Positions 48,511-58,589 of a stretch of DNA of 64,000 nt are shown in pieces; position 1 is the stretch's first letter; each line of letters starts with the position of its first letter. The DNA is from Gammaproteobacteria bacterium. GTDB taxonomy: Bacteria; Pseudomonadota; Gammaproteobacteria; Eutrophobiales; Eutrophobiaceae. The DNA is taken from the NCBI GenBank assembly GCA_965215365.1, contig CBDCDS010000003.1, positions 160,001-224,000 of the forward strand, in the 5' to 3' direction. The notes under the pieces are model-generated. The model was not told where the DNA came from. It was given only the letters and a program-made list of their open reading frames with translations, and did not search any database. A program made the position numbers and the translations under genes.

Positions 48511-49458
48511 TTACAACGAGGCCCTGGTGATCAAATCCACAGCGGTTGCGAGATCGTCCGGTTCTCCTCCCTGCGCCAGCATATCAAGGGCATACTCAAT
48601 GCCGTACACTGCCAGCTGATCGGCATGCTGGTCGGCCGTTGCCAGCACGGCACCAGTTTTGAGCAACGCCTGTACCGCAGAAATATTGTCGAACCCGACG
48701 ACCTGTATGTCAGTGACCTTGCCGGCCTGACGCAAGGCCGACACCGCGCCCAGCGCCATGCTGTCATTGGCGCACAGGATGGCCTTGAGTTGCGGAAACC
48801 GCACTAGGATCCCGGCCGTGATCTCCGCCGCCCGGGTCTGCTCCCAGAACGCGCTTTGTACGGTGACGATTTCCAGCCCGTGGGCGTGGGCGGCCTCTTC
48901 AAAGCCGGCGCGGCGCTGTTGGGAATTGTACGCGGTGGGGACGCCTTCCAGAATGGCAACCTGATCATTTTCCGCCAGATACCCGGCCAGATAATTCCCT
49001 ACCAGGCGCGCCCCGGCGCGATTGTCGGGGCCGACAAAAGGCACGTTGAGCGCGTATTGAGCCAGCACCTCGGCATCCAGTCTGTTATCTATGTTGACGA
49101 TAATGATGCCGGCCTGATGCGCCCGGGCCAGCGCTGGCACCAGCGCCTTGGAATCTGCCGGCGCAATGACTATGGCAGCGGCGCCGGCGGCGATCATCTG
49201 GTCGATCAAGGCGACCTGTTGTGCCAGGTCGCTCTCGTTTTTTATGCCGTTGACAAGCAGGCGGTAAGGCACGCGCTGGGCGGCGTGGTGCTGTTTTGCG
49301 CCCTCTGCCATGGTGCTGAAGAACTCGTTTGCGAGCGATTTCATTACTAGGGCAATGACCGGTTGGCCTGAGGTTTCAGCGGGCGCCGGCGCGACTTGTT
49401 CACGGCCGTCGCCACAGCCTGCCAACACCAGCAGGAGCAGGATGTTAATTTTTTTCAC
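48511..49458 (-). CDS. rbsB: Ribose-type ABC substrate-binding lipoprotein
   Basis: Lipobox LAGC; MKSLANEFF, APADSKAL, NDSMALGA, VVGFD. Confidence 0.85.
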   Translation of the reverse strand: MKKINILLLLVLAGCGDGREQVAPAPAETSGQPVIALVMKSLANEFFSTMAEGAKQHHAAQRVPYRLLVNGIKNESDLAQQVALIDQMIAAGAAAIVIAPADSKALVPALARAHQAGIIIVNIDNRLDAEVLAQYALNVPFVGPDNRAGARLVGNYLAGYLAENDQVAILEGVPTAYNSQQRRAGFEEAAHAHGLEIVTVQSAFWEQTRAAEITAGILVRFPQLKAILCANDSMALGAVSALRQAGKVTDIQVVGFDNISAVQALLKTGAVLATADQHADQLAVYGIEYALDMLAQGGEPDDLATAVDLITRASL

Positions 49459-49629
49459 GTTCTACCCGTTACTTGGTTGCTATGTAAGTTTCACCTGCCC
49501 TGGCTTGTTTACGTCCCTGTCACTGGATACCGGCCAATCCCTGGCCGGGGAGCCTACCCCGGCATGTCGTCAGCCGGGGATGAACCTGCATGCGTGCGGC
49601 GCCTTGCCCATGAAGGTTTGCAGCTTCGT

Positions 49630-50721
49630 TTATTCTGCAAACAGCAGTTGTTCATACACCTGCCAGAATTTCTCCTCGTCAAGCCTGAGTATAACCTCTG
49701 CGGCCTGCGCCGAGAACGGTCTGAAGGGCTTCATAAAGCTGACCTCGGTGGCGACCGGGGCGGCGAGCGAACGTCCGTAACCCGGGCCATGATTGGCATC
49801 TACGCTGACCCAATATTCCTCACTTTCCCGCACCAGTTGCGGTTGCGCGATATAGGCAGCCACTAGGGCATCCCAGACCGGTAGCTGAAAATCGGGATTT
49901 TCCTTCATTTTTTCACCGAACTTGGGCGTCAAAAACTTCGTCACCATAAAATGGTCCGCATACTCTGCGCGGGTAAAACGCTCATAGAGTGACTGGTCGA
50001 ATAAAATCCGGTCGGTGGCATCCAGTGGGATGATGACGTGGCGTATAGGTTCGGCCAGTACTATCTGCGCCGCTTCTGCGTCAAACCACCAGTTGAACTC
50101 CGCCGCGGTAGTCACATTGCCCCAGATAAAGAAGGCGCCGCCCATATAAATTATTGTTTTGATCCGGGCGACTATATCCGGCGCCTTGCGCACGGCCAGC
50201 GCCAGGTTTGTCAACGGCCCGATAGCCGCAATCGTGATCTCGCCCGGATTGTTCCTGACCGCGTCGATGATGAAATCAACGGCATGTACGGATTGCGCGC
50301 GTGCCTGCTGCGGCAACCCGTCGGGGGGCGGCTGCACTTCTTGCTCCCGGTCCCAGGCGCCGGCATAAATGGCGCCGTAAAGCGCCCGGTCATGTTGTTG
50401 AAATTTCTCCTGTGAATGCAGCAGCGGTTGCTGCGCGCCCGGGAACACGGGTATTTCAGTTGCCAGCCCCAGCCGTTCCAGCGCTTTTAAGGCATCGACT
50501 TCCAGTTGCGCCAGCCAATCATTACCGGCAACCAGGGTCACGCCCAGCAGTTCAATCTGCCCGGCCTTATGCAGGTTGGCCAGCATCACCAACGCCTCGT
50601 GGTCGTCCGAATAATGAGACAGGTCGGTATCCAGAATGATCTTCTGTTGCGCGCCTGCTGGCGCGGCAACAAGATACAGCATGAGCGCCAGATACCGGCC
50701 TCGAGTAAAAATTTTATTCAT
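49630..50721 (-). CDS. Nucleoside hydrolase with signal peptide
   Basis: IILDTD...DD Ca-binding motif, IGPLTNLA, MGG, AEFNWWFD, PLDAT, WD; N-terminal h-region and AGA-QQ cleavage site. Confidence 0.9.
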   Translation of the reverse strand: MNKIFTRGRYLALMLYLVAAPAGAQQKIILDTDLSHYSDDHEALVMLANLHKAGQIELLGVTLVAGNDWLAQLEVDALKALERLGLATEIPVFPGAQQPLLHSQEKFQQHDRALYGAIYAGAWDREQEVQPPPDGLPQQARAQSVHAVDFIIDAVRNNPGEITIAAIGPLTNLALAVRKAPDIVARIKTIIYMGGAFFIWGNVTTAAEFNWWFDAEAAQIVLAEPIRHVIIPLDATDRILFDQSLYERFTRAEYADHFMVTKFLTPKFGEKMKENPDFQLPVWDALVAAYIAQPQLVRESEEYWVSVDANHGPGYGRSLAAPVATEVSFMKPFRPFSAQAAEVILRLDEEKFWQVYEQLLFAE

Positions 50722-50734
50722 TAGCGTAAATTAA

Positions 50735-50748
50735 GTTAAACGGTTAAC
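50735..50748. promoter_or_regulatory. Candidate LacI-family operator GTTAAACGGTTAAC
   Basis: Near-palindrome with central CG, just upstream of the nucleoside hydrolase start; a similar site lies at 56797. Confidence 0.65.
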
Positions 50749-50760
50749 CTGTTGCCGCCC

Positions 50761-51696
50761 TCATAGGGCAATGGCTTCGTGATAACTCCGTTGGTAACGG
50801 TTGACAAACTCCTCCATACTGAAGGAATGGTTTTGCGCGCCTTTTGACTCGGCGCAAATGGCCCCCATCAGGTTGGCAATGCGTCCCGCCACGGGCCAGT
50901 CATAGTCGTTCAGAATACCGAAAATGATGCCGGCGCGGTAGGCATCGCCACAACCGGCAGGGTCGCAGGATGTCACTGGCAGCGCCGGCAGGGAAATTTT
51001 ACCGTGTCGGGTCATAATCACAGAACCGTTGCTGCCCTCGGTAATAATCAAGGCCTCACTCGTAGCAATGATCTGCTCTGCAACAAGTTTGGTTTTCTCG
51101 CGCAGAATGTCCCACTCATGCTCGTTCAGTATCACCCATCTGGCCAGCTCCAGGAGATAAGCGAGCTCATCCGCTTGCAGCAGGTGCACCACAGGCCCCG
51201 GGTCAAAAATAACAGGCACCCCTCGCTCGGTCAGGTGCGCGGCGTGATGCAGCATCCCGGCCACGGCATCCGGTGCCAGCACGCCCAAGTTGAAACCCGC
51301 GCCATAGTCCACGGTATTTCGATGTGAACCGGCCATGGCGCCGGGGTAGAAAATCACAATCTGGTTATGGTCTGCGTCCACGCTGATAAAATAGTGCGCA
51401 GTGCGCACCTCCGGCAAGGTCATAATATAGTCAAGGCGCATCCCTTTGCGTCGCATCCATGCGGCATACTCATCAAAGTCATACCCTACGGTCGCAGCCG
51501 GGTATGACTCACAACCCAACAGGTCCAGGTTGTGGCAGATGTTGGCCGCGCAGCCGCCGAACTCGCGCTGCATATCCGTCACATGGCAGGTAATGTTGAG
51601 CTTGGTCGTATCCTGTGGCAGAACATGACGTTGGTAATCCTCCGCGGACACGGTGATCGTGTCATAAGAAACCGAACCACATACCAATACCTTCAA
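50761..51696 (-). CDS. PfkB family kinase, bacterial adenosine/nucleoside kinase-like
   Basis: GSVSYD, EFGGCAANI, FDPG, NEHE, DPAGCGDAYRAG. Confidence 0.85.
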   Translation of the reverse strand: MKVLVCGSVSYDTITVSAEDYQRHVLPQDTTKLNITCHVTDMQREFGGCAANICHNLDLLGCESYPAATVGYDFDEYAAWMRRKGMRLDYIMTLPEVRTAHYFISVDADHNQIVIFYPGAMAGSHRNTVDYGAGFNLGVLAPDAVAGMLHHAAHLTERGVPVIFDPGPVVHLLQADELAYLLELARWVILNEHEWDILREKTKLVAEQIIATSEALIITEGSNGSVIMTRHGKISLPALPVTSCDPAGCGDAYRAGIIFGILNDYDWPVAGRIANLMGAICAESKGAQNHSFSMEEFVNRYQRSYHEAIAL

Positions 51697-51723
51697 GATA
51701 CCCTCCCCCGTCAGGCGTCCCGG

Positions 51724-52995
51724 TCAACCGGCCGGCACAAACACCAGACTGATGATCGTTGCCGTCAGGCAAGTGGTGATAAACGCCACTACCACACACT
51801 TCAGGCCGAGGCCGACGATTTCTGCGGTGCGTTCCGGCGCCATGGACGTCAGGCCGCCGATCATGATGGCAAGGCTGCCAAAATTACTGAAACTGCACAA
51901 GGCGTAAGTCATAATGAAGCGCGCAGGTTCACTCAGTGTCCCCGGCGCCAGCTCGGCCATGGTGATGTAAGCCACCAACTCGTTCACAATCACCTTGGTG
52001 CCAAGCAGGGAGCCGGCGATTTGCGCATCAGCCCAGGGGATTCCCATCAACCAGGCAAATGGTGCCATAAACCAGCCCAGTATTCGCTGTAGCGTCAAAT
52101 CCTCAGCGTAGGTCGGGATGAATGAGAGCAACGAGTTGGCCAAGGCGATGACTGATACAAATACTATCAACAAGCCAATCACGTTCAACAGTAATTTTAC
52201 CGCATCGACTGTGCCGCGCGTCAGGGCATCCAGAGAAGACCGGTACGGGTTATCCATATTGACCGCGGCAGTATCCTGGCTGCCGTCGCCTGGCACCATA
52301 ACCTTGGCCAGCATGATGGCGCCGGGGGCATTGATCACAGAGGCTACCAGCAGGTGACCAAAGGCATCGGGAATGAAATTTTGCAGGATGCTTCCCAGCA
52401 GCACCATGGTGGACCCGGCCAGGGTGGATAACCCTCCCGCCATGACCACAAACAGCTCGCTGCGCGTCAACTTCGGGATATACGGCTTCACCAGCAACGG
52501 CGCTTCGACCATCCCCATAAACACATTTGCAGCAGCCGAAATGCCGACCGCGCCGCTCACCTTGAAGGTCTTCCTGACAAAAAACGCAGCCCCCTTCACG
52601 ATCAACACCAGGACGCGCCAATGCCACAGGAGCGCCGACAGGGCGCCGACCATGAGCACTACCGGCAACGACTGCAAGCCAAAAATAAACGACGACCCCG
52701 GGCCGGTCGGCTCGAAAGGCAGCTCACCGCCACCGATGTAACCGAACACGAAACTGGTTCCTTCCAGGGTGGCATCCTGGAGCAGGCTGGCCGCGCGCGC
52801 CAGCAAAGCTAACAGCTGTTGCGCCCACGGCATGTTCATAAGTAACGCGGCCAGGATGAATTGGCAGGACAAGCCAACCATGACGATACGCCAGGGAAAC
52901 CGCGCCCGGTTTTCTGATAGCAACCAGGTCAGGCCAATGAAGGCGAACACGCCGATAAGACCTTGTGTGAACTGAGCTTGCATAAATCCGGTCAC
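51724..52995 (-). CDS. nupC: CNT/NupC nucleoside:cation symporter
   Basis: GTSFVFGY, AANVFMGMVEAPL, GTKVIVNELVAY, YALCSFSNFGS. Confidence 0.92.
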   Translation of the reverse strand: MTGFMQAQFTQGLIGVFAFIGLTWLLSENRARFPWRIVMVGLSCQFILAALLMNMPWAQQLLALLARAASLLQDATLEGTSFVFGYIGGGELPFEPTGPGSSFIFGLQSLPVVLMVGALSALLWHWRVLVLIVKGAAFFVRKTFKVSGAVGISAAANVFMGMVEAPLLVKPYIPKLTRSELFVVMAGGLSTLAGSTMVLLGSILQNFIPDAFGHLLVASVINAPGAIMLAKVMVPGDGSQDTAAVNMDNPYRSSLDALTRGTVDAVKLLLNVIGLLIVFVSVIALANSLLSFIPTYAEDLTLQRILGWFMAPFAWLMGIPWADAQIAGSLLGTKVIVNELVAYITMAELAPGTLSEPARFIMTYALCSFSNFGSLAIMIGGLTSMAPERTAEIVGLGLKCVVVAFITTCLTATIISLVFVPAG

Positions 52996-53093
52996 TTATT
53001 CAGCGGGGCGCCTGTGAGAATCAGAGGCTCTTTGCAGTAACAGAACAGCCGCATCGTACAGTCTTGCATACGTCAGGAATTCTGCGAGCAACA

Positions 53094-54245
53094 TTACGCC
53101 CGGTAAGGCACCAGCGTACTCAGAGACAGGGTATGTTGCAGCATTATTTCACCTTTTGCTCCCCTCACTTCCAACACTATCAGTGGGTCAACGAGGTCCC
53201 ACCGAATCTGAACCAGACCAAAGTTGCGCGCGTGGGCACTCTGTGCCTGAGCCCGGTTGGCCCAAACCCGGTTAGCATTCGGCCCCGGCGTCGGCCAGAA
53301 ATGGGTCAGGCCGCTGGAAGTCAGATCCCAGAGCGGATAGGGTACGTCTGTCGTTTCACAGGAGAGCTCGCCATAGTGAATATCGCCGCTCAGAAACAGC
53401 ACGCCGGCCGCGCCGGTGGTTGCAAGCAGCCGGATGAGACGTAACCGCTCGGTGGGAAAGTTGGCCCAGGACTCCCAACCCCGGAAGCCGGCGGCAAACG
53501 GAACACTGCTGCATATCAGGCGCAGGCGCGCCGGGCGCACCAGTTGTCGTTCCAGCCATAGCCACTGTGCCTCATGCAGCATCCGCGCCTCGGGCCCCGT
53601 ATCGGGCCGGTAAGGACCGAACCCGCTTGCTCTGGCCTGTGCCAACTCGCTTTCCGGCAAATGTCTCAGCGGCGACCGCCCGAAACGCGTATCCAACAGG
53701 ATGATCTGCACCCGGCGCTCAGGAGGGCCGTATTCATGGGCTGCATAAATGCCGCCCGGCTGACTGCGGTGCGGGTCACCCGTTGGCGCTTGCCAGAAAT
53801 CCAGGAATAACCGGCGCGCAGATTCTTTCAGGTCGAAGTCCGCGCCGCCGTCCCTGAGCCCATAGTCATGGTCGTCCCAGGTAGCCAGGATAGGGACTCG
53901 TTCACGGAATACCTGAAACTCCGGTACCAATGCAAACCGCTGGTAGGCCCTGCGCAGCGCCGTCATGGCGTCCGCCGGCCCCGCAACTTCCTCCTCTGCA
54001 TAGACCGTATCTCCGAGAAACAGGAACAAGTCAGGACTTGTTTGCAGGATCGCGTCCCAAACCTCCTGTGGTTCCCACGATTTACAGCAGGAACCCAAGG
54101 CAATGCGAGTGGAGGGCAGAAGAGCAGGGGGCGGAGCAGCGATATTGGCTGTTCTCGTTGCGCCGACAGAGAGGAATGGCAGGCCTGCCCCGAGTCCGGC
54201 AGCCAGGGCGCCGGTAAGAAACCGGCGCCGGTTATGGACAGGCAT
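53094..54245 (-). CDS. phoD: PhoD family alkaline phosphatase, Tat-exported
   Basis: Tat motif NRRRFL; GSC, LGDTVY, WDDHD, LLDTR, LSGDIH, SSG. Confidence 0.9.
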   Translation of the reverse strand: MPVHNRRRFLTGALAAGLGAGLPFLSVGATRTANIAAPPPALLPSTRIALGSCCKSWEPQEVWDAILQTSPDLFLFLGDTVYAEEEVAGPADAMTALRRAYQRFALVPEFQVFRERVPILATWDDHDYGLRDGGADFDLKESARRLFLDFWQAPTGDPHRSQPGGIYAAHEYGPPERRVQIILLDTRFGRSPLRHLPESELAQARASGFGPYRPDTGPEARMLHEAQWLWLERQLVRPARLRLICSSVPFAAGFRGWESWANFPTERLRLIRLLATTGAAGVLFLSGDIHYGELSCETTDVPYPLWDLTSSGLTHFWPTPGPNANRVWANRAQAQSAHARNFGLVQIRWDLVDPLIVLEVRGAKGEIMLQHTLSLSTLVPYRA

Positions 54246-54299
54246 GGACACAAAAAGAACCTTTGGTGTTAAAACTGGGGATCCCTACGCGAAGCGCAC

Positions 54300-56684
54300 T
54301 CAGAAAACGCCTTTTACCGTAAACGTAATACTGCGGGGGGCGCCGATGAAGTAGCGTCCGGCCCATTTTCTGTCAACGCCCAGCAGTTCCGGGGCGACTC
54401 CGGACAGATAATCCTTATTGGTGATGTTCTCCACATTCAAGGCAAAGGTGAGGCCGCGCAGGTAATCGAAATTCATCTTCCTGTTATAGGACATGTTCAG
54501 ACCGAATACCGTATAGCCTCGTATCCTTTCGTCCGACGACGTAACCTGGGCAACCTGTTCGGGGGGGCTGAAGGCGCCGCTGGCGAAGCTGAAGTCGGGC
54601 AGCAGACCGGTGGATGCCCGGGGATTGCCATAAAAGCCGGCGCGATCGCCGACATGGTTCATGTTAATGGAAAAATTGAAGTTTTCCGTGGGCTGCCAGG
54701 ACAATTCCATAAACAGTTTATCGTTGGGAATACCCACTAAGTCCTCGCCGTCACGGATAAAGCCGGCCGCAGGATTGCCGTCAGCGTCCAGGCTGCTCTC
54801 ATCGAGCACATACTCATGGGACTGGTGCGTGTAGGCGGCGTAGAGTTGAAAATCCTGATACCTGCCGTTAAAGGTAAACTCCACCCCTTCCACTTCTTTG
54901 CCCTGATCGAGGTTATCGGAAGCCAATGTATTGGCGGCGTCTACGGCAATGACTTCCTCTGATTCAAGCCGGAAATACTGCACACCCAGGGCCAGATTGT
55001 TGCTGGTATATCTGATGCCGGCATCAATGACGTCTGATTTATCCATAGTGTTGATTTCCTCGGCGGGGTCGGGCGGGTCGCCGGCGCCGTCTTCAAGCAC
55101 CGCATCGGAGACGGTTGCCGCATTCTCGGCATAGCCGGCAAAGACCTCCACTGCGTCGGTGATGGAAAAGACCGCGCCGACGTTGGGCAGGACGCCCGAA
55201 TCCGTTGACACACTATTGACGTAGTCAAACAAGCCGTCATCGGAATCCTGGATGGGCGCCGTGTAATCGACATCGTTGTCCATGTAAGACAGTCCCCACT
55301 CGACGCTCAGGCGCTCGTCAAACAAGGTGGATTTATTGCCGAAGTACAGCGTCCATACCTGATTATCCCACTCTTTGTCCTCACTGGTATGAAACGGCGT
55401 GCCGACATAATCAGGTCCGGCCATGGGGTTGACCAGCCGATGCCAGTGCCGCACCTGGCTGCGCTCGGCGTCCTCATACCAGACCCCCGCCTTCCAGTTC
55501 AGCAGCTCGTTGTGGGACCCGGCCACCTCAAAGATGGCGCCGTAGCGATCCATTTCATAGTGGTTATTGCGGTAGTAGAGCTGGCGGCCGGTCTCGTCGG
55601 TATTGTCAATCGGGTCCGGCACTGCGCCCTCATCACTGGCGTTCATAAAGCGACCGACGCCATCCTGGAAGTGGTAATAGGGCTTTAAGGTCATGGCAAT
55701 GGCATCCGTGAATGGCAGCATGAGTTCTGCATAGCTGAGGTTGTCCTCGCGGGCGTTGCCCCGAGTGGAGCGATGCAGGCGATCAACCAGCGGATTGCCG
55801 GTCCAGTCATCGGTATAACCATCGCTGTTCGGGTTCAGCGAAAAAGCCGGGTTGGTCGGGGCAAAGGCATCAAAGAAACAACGTCTGTTTTCGGCGGCAC
55901 AGGGTGTCTGCAACAGCGCAACGATATTGTAGCCACTGGCATCCCGGTCGTTATAACTGTGGCGCAGCTTCAGCACGGCGCCGTTGTCGAATTCCTTCAC
56001 CAGCTTGGCGTCGATGTGCAGGCGCTCGTTCACGCCGGTGCCTTCGCCAATCCAGACATCGGTATCCTGGAAGGACGCGCTCAAATAGGCAGTGGCACCG
56101 CCGAGTATCTCGCCGGTGTCATAGCGCAGGTAATACCGTTCATAACTGTGGCTGCCCAGGGAGAAGTCCATGCGCGCACCGGCCTCGCGGTCCGGGTCTT
56201 GCGTAACGTAGTTGATATGGCCGACCAGGGCCTGGCGCGAGGGGGAACCAGTCACACCGGCGGATTGCGAAACATCGATGCCGGCCAGATTGGCGGTATC
56301 CACAAAGCGGTTGGGCACGGCGCCGCCCCCCAAAGTGGTGCGGCCGTTGGGGATGCCATCAATGGAAAAACCGATATTGTCCTTGTTGAACCCGCGCATG
56401 TTGATAGTGCTGTCAAAGCCGCCGCCGCCCAAGGGGTCGGAGGCACCCACCTGGATCCCGGAAATCCGTTGCAACAGCTGCGCGGCGCCGGTTCCCGGCG
56501 GCAGCTCCTCGATGGTTGCTGCGTCAATCCTGATATTGGCACGGGTTTCACCGACACCCACCGATTGTCCGAAAACGACAATTTCTTCTATAGGGTCGCC
56601 GTCTTGCGCGTTGAGGACACCACTGCCGAGGAACAACATGCCCCCCAGAAGAGCACTTGAACTGCTGATCAGATGGTTAATCAT
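54300..56684 (-). CDS. TonB-dependent receptor (putative nucleotide/nucleoside uptake)
   Basis: Signal peptide, IEEIVVFG, INMRGF, IDGIP, NVENITNKDY, terminal Phe; first gene of the catabolic operon. Confidence 0.92.
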   Translation of the reverse strand: MINHLISSSSALLGGMLFLGSGVLNAQDGDPIEEIVVFGQSVGVGETRANIRIDAATIEELPPGTGAAQLLQRISGIQVGASDPLGGGGFDSTINMRGFNKDNIGFSIDGIPNGRTTLGGGAVPNRFVDTANLAGIDVSQSAGVTGSPSRQALVGHINYVTQDPDREAGARMDFSLGSHSYERYYLRYDTGEILGGATAYLSASFQDTDVWIGEGTGVNERLHIDAKLVKEFDNGAVLKLRHSYNDRDASGYNIVALLQTPCAAENRRCFFDAFAPTNPAFSLNPNSDGYTDDWTGNPLVDRLHRSTRGNAREDNLSYAELMLPFTDAIAMTLKPYYHFQDGVGRFMNASDEGAVPDPIDNTDETGRQLYYRNNHYEMDRYGAIFEVAGSHNELLNWKAGVWYEDAERSQVRHWHRLVNPMAGPDYVGTPFHTSEDKEWDNQVWTLYFGNKSTLFDERLSVEWGLSYMDNDVDYTAPIQDSDDGLFDYVNSVSTDSGVLPNVGAVFSITDAVEVFAGYAENAATVSDAVLEDGAGDPPDPAEEINTMDKSDVIDAGIRYTSNNLALGVQYFRLESEEVIAVDAANTLASDNLDQGKEVEGVEFTFNGRYQDFQLYAAYTHQSHEYVLDESSLDADGNPAAGFIRDGEDLVGIPNDKLFMELSWQPTENFNFSINMNHVGDRAGFYGNPRASTGLLPDFSFASGAFSPPEQVAQVTSSDERIRGYTVFGLNMSYNRKMNFDYLRGLTFALNVENITNKDYLSGVAPELLGVDRKWAGRYFIGAPRSITFTVKGVF

Positions 56685-56796
56685 GGAGCTATCCCCCCTG
56701 ATAGTTATTGGTAAAGAAATCAGTCACCTAACAAAAACGGTCTCAACCTGCGTTGCTCACTTGGCGAAGATACTCAGTGCCTGATGAGAAATGTAA

Positions 56797-56810
56797 GTTA
56801 ATCGTTTAAG
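56797..56810. promoter_or_regulatory. Candidate LacI-family operator GTTAATCGTTTAAG
   Basis: Reverse complement CTTAAACGATTAAC matches the 50735 site at 12 of 14 positions; lies between the divergent TBDR and regulator genes. Confidence 0.65.
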
Positions 56811-56923
56811 CTAAAGTATAGCATACCGCTGTAAGAAAATGTAAAGGAAAATTTTCCAATTCCCGGTAAAATCCACAAATACGCTCTTGCCTTGCCCCGA
56901 ACCTGATAATTGATGACCGAACC

Positions 56924-57895
56924 ATGGCCAAGTTAAAAGATGTTGCCGCAAAAGCCGGCGTGTCCGTGGCGACGGTGTCTTACGTCCTGAATGATTCCGG
57001 CTCGGTGAGCAGAACGGTCAGAAACAAGGTGTTGGCTGCGGTTCGGACGCTGCAATATACGCCCAACCGCTCCGCGCAGGCAATGCGCACCGGGCGCACT
57101 AAAACCCTGGGACTGGTATTGCCGGACTTACTCAACCCGTTATTTCCCGAGATGGCCCAAGCCATTGAAAACACTGCCCGCAAGCTGGGTTATTCAACGT
57201 TTCTTGTCGATACGAAACTTTCCATTGATAGTGAAAGACAGGGTATCGAGTCGTTACTCAGACAAGGTGTAGAGGGCGTTATCTGGTTTCCGCAATCGCA
57301 ACAGAACACGGTGGAAGTTGCGTCAAGGCAGGTCCCCATTGTGGTGCTGGACCGTGAGCTGCCGGGCTTTGACGTGGTGCGCCCCGACCATGAAGCGGGC
57401 GGGCGCCTGCAAGCGGAATACCTGCTGCAAAAGGGACATAAACGGGTGGGGCTGTTATCTGGCCCCATGTCGGTTGACAATATGCGCCTGCGCCGGGATG
57501 CCTTTTATGAAGCGTTCGTCAACAAAGGGGACATTGTCTGGGAGCTTGAAAACCCCTTTTCGATAAAAATTTCCGAGGCAAATAAAGAGCAGTTACAGCG
57601 GAACCGACCGTCGGCGGTGGTGGCCGGCAATGATATTATCGCCGTAGGTGTCATCAAAACCTTAACCGAGGCAGGTATCGCAGTCCCCGAGCAGGTATCC
57701 GTAATCGGTTTCGATAATATTTCATGGTGTGAGGTGGTCACGCCAACCCTGACGACAATACGCATGCGCTTGCAGGATATTGCCGCAGATGCCATAAGGC
57801 TACTAATTCAGCGCATAAACTCTCCGGACGAGCCTGAACGCAAAGTCATTGTTGGGGTCGAACTGGCAGCGCGCGGTTCAGTCATACAAGTTTGA
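56924..57895 (+). CDS. LacI family transcriptional regulator (RbsR/PurR/CytR-like)
   Basis: KLKDVAAKAGVSVATVSYVLN, YTPNRSA, SVIGFDNI, PTLTT. Confidence 0.95.
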   Translation: MAKLKDVAAKAGVSVATVSYVLNDSGSVSRTVRNKVLAAVRTLQYTPNRSAQAMRTGRTKTLGLVLPDLLNPLFPEMAQAIENTARKLGYSTFLVDTKLSIDSERQGIESLLRQGVEGVIWFPQSQQNTVEVASRQVPIVVLDRELPGFDVVRPDHEAGGRLQAEYLLQKGHKRVGLLSGPMSVDNMRLRRDAFYEAFVNKGDIVWELENPFSIKISEANKEQLQRNRPSAVVAGNDIIAVGVIKTLTEAGIAVPEQVSVIGFDNISWCEVVTPTLTTIRMRLQDIAADAIRLLIQRINSPDEPERKVIVGVELAARGSVIQV

Positions 57896-57978
57896 CCTCA
57901 GTCCAAATTTAGTGTGAGTTGTATTTGATACCATAGCCCTTGAGACAATGCCCTGAAAGTAAATCAGGAGAGTACGGC

Positions 57979-58494
57979 GTGCCATTAAAAATAAACCCTT
58001 CATCTACTACTTACCCTGCGGCAGTGCCGCAGGAACGGCAGCCGCGAGTTCTACCGGGTTCGCGAGAACAAGCCTCGTCGCGTCAAAACGAAGGGATTAG
58101 TCTTGATCGGCTTGAGGCAAGTCCTGCTCGCTATACAACCAGCCTTCCTCATCATGCAGGCATGCCCGATACAATTATTAATATTGACGCACTGGAGCAA
58201 AATTTGCTCATTAAACCATTGCTGCAAGGTGCGCCTCCCAACACGGAAACCCGTAGCTTGGGCTCACTGAGCAGGTTGGGTATGGATCGGATGTCTGAAG
58301 AAGCCAAAGACGATAACAGGAGGATGGGGCAGGAAGGCATGTCACGAGACAGGTTTCACACCCTGTTTGGCCGTGACGCGAGTGAGCCGGGCGAGGCGCG
58401 TTCGATACGGTTTATTCCCTCGGAGTCGAGGCCGGGCCACCACGATAATCTTGCAGGTTTTTTACGCGTTAAGGAGGATCTTGGGATGGCCTGA
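57979..58494 (+). CDS. N-terminal segment of a large effector-like gene (apparent -1 frameshift near 58483)
   Basis: SD AGGAG + GTG 57979; Ser/Pro-rich N-terminus MPLKINPSSTTYPAAVP; the next frame is open from 58473. Confidence 0.6.
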   Translation: MPLKINPSSTTYPAAVPQERQPRVLPGSREQASSRQNEGISLDRLEASPARYTTSLPHHAGMPDTIINIDALEQNLLIKPLLQGAPPNTETRSLGSLSRLGMDRMSEEAKDDNRRMGQEGMSRDRFHTLFGRDASEPGEARSIRFIPSESRPGHHDNLAGFLRVKEDLGMA

Positions 58495-58589
58495 CTTACG
58501 CCGCTACATATCCTGTTGTTTCCTTTTCCGTCGATGGTCCAGAAGGCGACAAGCGGGAATATTTATACCTGAGAGGCTATTCGGGGAGG

